NCBI GenBank assembly: GCA_014905635.1
Contig: JABVCE010000016.1
Location: forward strand, 806,001-843,176
Reading direction: 5' to 3'
Source of the DNA: Scenedesmus sp. PABB004
Taxonomy: Eukaryota
Length of the DNA stretch: 37,176 bases
Positions 34,237 to 37,176 of the stretch are shown here, piece by piece. The translations under genes and the position numbers were made by a program. The notes below the pieces were generated by a model. It did not search any database and was not told where the DNA came from. It was given only the letters and a program-made list of their open reading frames with translations. How positions within the stretch are numbered: the stretch's first letter is position 1; each line of letters opens with the position of its first letter.

Positions 34237-37176
34237 GGGGTCCTGCGCCGCCGGCGGGGCCAGCGCCGGCGCCGCCGGCAGCGCCGGCACGCCCGCTGCG
34301 GTGAGCCGGAACTCCATTGTGAAGCGGCCCCCGTGCTGGCCCGTGCGCGCGATGACCCCTCGGTGGCACCACCGGCGTTCGAAATCTGCCTGAGTGAGCT
34401 CCTTGCCGGAGCCCGACAGCCAGGAGCGCGGCACGCCCGCCAGCGCGCGCACGTCCATCGCTGCCTTGCGCCAGTCCAGCATGACTGCGTCGCGCACCGA
34501 GTACACAAAGATGCGAACCGCCGCCACAGGCGCGTGCCCGGGCTGGCCGCCGCCGTGCCGCGCGCGCGCGGCGAGCAGGGCGCGCAGCAGCAGCAGGCGG
34601 AGGTGCGTCCAGAGCTGCTGCAGCTCCGGCGCGACGCCCGACCTGGCAAAGTCGTCCGCCAGCATCACCCTGGGCGGGGGGCGCGCGCGGGAAGCCCGGC
34701 TGCAGCCGCGCCCAGAGGTGAGCAAACCACTGCAGCACCGCCGCCGCCACGGGGCATCCGCCGAGGACGTGGCCGAGCGTCTCCAGCGGCGGCTGCTGCT
34801 GCGCGCGGCAGAGCGGGTGCGGGCACGCCAGCTCCGCCAGCTCCGGCGCCGCGCGCTGGTAAGAGAAGACCCTGTCGCCGCTGACGCGCACCCCGCCGTG
34901 CAGCAGGCTCCAGCCAAAGTGTCGCAGGGCGCGCGGCATGCGCGCCTGCTGCGCGCGCGCGTAGCAGGCGGCCCAGGCGGGCGGCTCCGCGCGCTCGCCG
35001 GCGCGCGGCGGCGCAGTCGCACCAGTGAGCGGGTCGACGAGGTCGTTGGCCGCCGGCTCCTGAACCAGGGTCCTGCGCTGCTCCAGCTGCTGCTCCCGCC
35101 GCTGCTCATGCTCCTCGCGCCGCGCCGCGGCGGCAGCGGCCGCCGCCGGCCCGACGCGCTCCATGACGTGGCGCCGCGGGGGCGAGACTTTCTGCCACGC
35201 CGGCAGCCCAGGCTCCGGGTCTGGCGTCTCGGCTCGCTGCCGCTCCGCCCAGCTGCGCTTCTGGCCCGCCTCCCGCCGCGCGATGGCGCTGGCCGGGCAT
35301 GCCTGGCCGTAGCCGGCGCGCCAGAGGCCCGGCACGCAGCCAACGCCGGGCGTCCAGCCCCCTGCCGGCGTGACCTCGCGCGCGCAGCGCAGCTGCAGCA
35401 GCCGCAGGGTCGCGCCGCGCACCGTAAACTGCATGACCGTGGCCGCGTGCCCGAGCCCCCACACGGAGGGGTCGACGCGGACGTCAGGCCAGAAGCCCAC
35501 GAGGAACCATCGCCGCGCCCTGCTGTGCAGCTCCGGCTGCTCCGCCGGCGCCGCTGCCCCGGGCGCTCCGGCCGCCGCGCGCTGCGCGCCCGCCGCTGGC
35601 CGCGGCGCCTGCGCCGCGTCCACCACGCAGCAGTCCTCCCACCCCCCGCCGCGACTATCTCGGGCGGGGGCTCGGCGGTGCGGAGCCTGCTGTCAGGCCC
35701 CACCTCGAAGAAGCTCGCCGCTGCCGCGCCCAGCGCCCACCGCCGTACCCACCGCACGGCGGGCGGCGGCGGCGGCGGCTGCGGCGGCTGCTCCACCGGC
35801 AGCGCCGCCAGCGGCTGCTGGGGCTGCTGCACCACGCCGCCGCCCGGCGACGGCGGCGCCGCGCTGGGCCGCAGCGCCTGCCAACCCGGCGCGCTCGGCC
35901 CGCTGCGCGCGAGCGCCTGCTGCCACTCACCCGGCATGACGACGCCGTCGGCGGCCGGCCGCCACGGCAGGCGCGGCGCCGCCTGCCCGAGGCTGTCGCT
36001 GCGCAGCTCCGCGGGCAGGTCCTCGAGCGACGCGATGCGCGCGCCGCCCAGGGCCGCGCCGACGCTGCAGTTGCCCACCAGGGCCTCCACCCTGATCTGC
36101 TCCACGGTCATGCTGCCGTGGGGGATCACCCGGTGCACGCCGAGAGCCGCAAACGCGCAGGCGATCGCGCCCCACCGCCACGGCAGCTGCGCCCGCAGCT
36201 CCAGCGCGGTGCCCTGCACGAGGGCGGCGGTGCCCCGGCCAGGCAGCGCGCGCGCGAAGCGCGCCGCCGCGGGTGGCTTCCAGGCCGCCCCCACCGGGTG
36301 CAGCAGCCTGGCGGCCGTCTTGGCCAGCATTGCCGTGGTGAAGGCCGCGACGTCGACCTGCGCCTCGCCGCCCATGCTCGCGGGCAGGCACGCGATGGCC
36401 GCCCGCGGAACCTGCCTGATAATGCGGTTGTCGCTCTCGCGGATGCACCAGTTGCCGACGATGTAGGCGGTGACGCGCCGCTGGATGAGGCGCAGGAGGT
36501 CGGCCGGCACCGGCACAAACTGCGCGTGCCAGCCCACGCAGGCCGCGAGCACCTGGCGCGCAACGTGCCGGCGGCCCGGGCGCGTGAGCGCGTACCGCGA
36601 CCAGTGCGCGATGCGGCAGGTGATGGTGCGCAGCCGCTCGCGGTAAAGCTGCGCCGCGTGCCGCCCGACGCCGGTGGCAGAGAGCAGCACGCCCAGGTGC
36701 CTGATCGGCGCCTGCTCTGTGTCCGGGAAGCACACGCCCGTGCTGCACTCGACCAGCTGCCCGCTGCCATCCGGCTGCAGCTGCAGCGCCGGGTGGTCGC
36801 CCAGCAGCATGCCCTTGCACTTGGCCAGGTTGAGCTGCGCGCCGCTGGCCAGGCAGAACGGCGCGACGGCGCCGTCCAGCAGCCGCTTGGCGCTCTCCAG
36901 TGACGCTGCGTGCAGGGTGGTGTCGTCTGCGTGCTGGTGGCAGCAGGGCGCGGCCCTGCGCCGCCGGGCAGCTGCAGGCTGGCAAAACCGGGCTGCCGCT
37001 GCACGCGCCGGCACATGGCCGCCAGCGGCTGCGCCGCCAGCACATACAGCAGCGGGCTGAGCGGGCTGCCCTGCGCGCAGCCCGACGCACGCTGAACTCG
37101 CGGCTGACATGGCCGCCGTTGAAGGCGACGCGCGCGCCGCGTGCCTGCGAGCAGCAGGCGGACCCAGCGCGTGGTT
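33473..37176 (-). mobile_element. L1-clade (Zepp-like) LINE, copy 3, extends beyond the window
   Basis: Poly(A) after CCATTGTAAC, about 700-nt 3'UTR, ORF2 remnant. Inserted in the satellite at GCGCGGC^TCCAAC. Confidence 0.93.
34192..37176 (-). pseudogene. LINE ORF2 (RT C-terminal part and Cys/His zinc motif), frameshifted
   Basis: QGSPLSPLLYVLAAQPL, HQHADDTT, ASGAQLNLAKC, IRHLGV, CPHPLC...ETLGHVLGGC, FERRWCHRGV are spread over several frames (shifts near 36960, 35640, 34680). Could be decay or consensus error. Confidence 0.85.

Noticed and set aside
21000..37176. Telomere junction
   Set aside because: No TTTAGGG or TTTTAGGG arrays seen; a subtelomeric position is neither supported nor excluded.

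Overview
Eukaryotic DNA from a very GC-rich green alga (inferred from short GC-rich spliceosomal introns, CTCAC/CTGAC branch points and TGTAA poly(A) signals). The window has two sharply separated halves. Bases 1-21.0 kb are gene-dense, with nine genes reconstructed by hand: alanine aminotransferase (5'-partial), a SEC14 lipid-binding protein, a DnaJ-type zinc-finger protein, a BSD-domain protein, an alpha/beta hydrolase, a small membrane protein, an At1g49975/PsaN-like thylakoid protein, the DNA primase large subunit and a codanin-1-like protein. Bases 21.1-37.2 kb are pure repeat: a 172-bp GC-rich satellite with higher-order structure. The satellite is invaded by an intact young Ty1/Copia element (identical 354-bp LTRs, CCACG TSD) and by three copies of an L1/Zepp-like LINE, two of them nested inside the Copia. 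It also carries a 191-bp 3' fragment of another LINE and seven 'GTAAC-polyA' micro-insertions. Most notable: (i) two unrelated genes 5.4 kb apart share a duplicated 5' module encoding the same bipartite Tat thylakoid-targeting peptide; (ii) the satellite/LINE block looks like the edge of a centromere or other heterochromatin; (iii) 5 of 37 modelled introns need GC donors. Family assignments are from motif recognition only; no searches were run.
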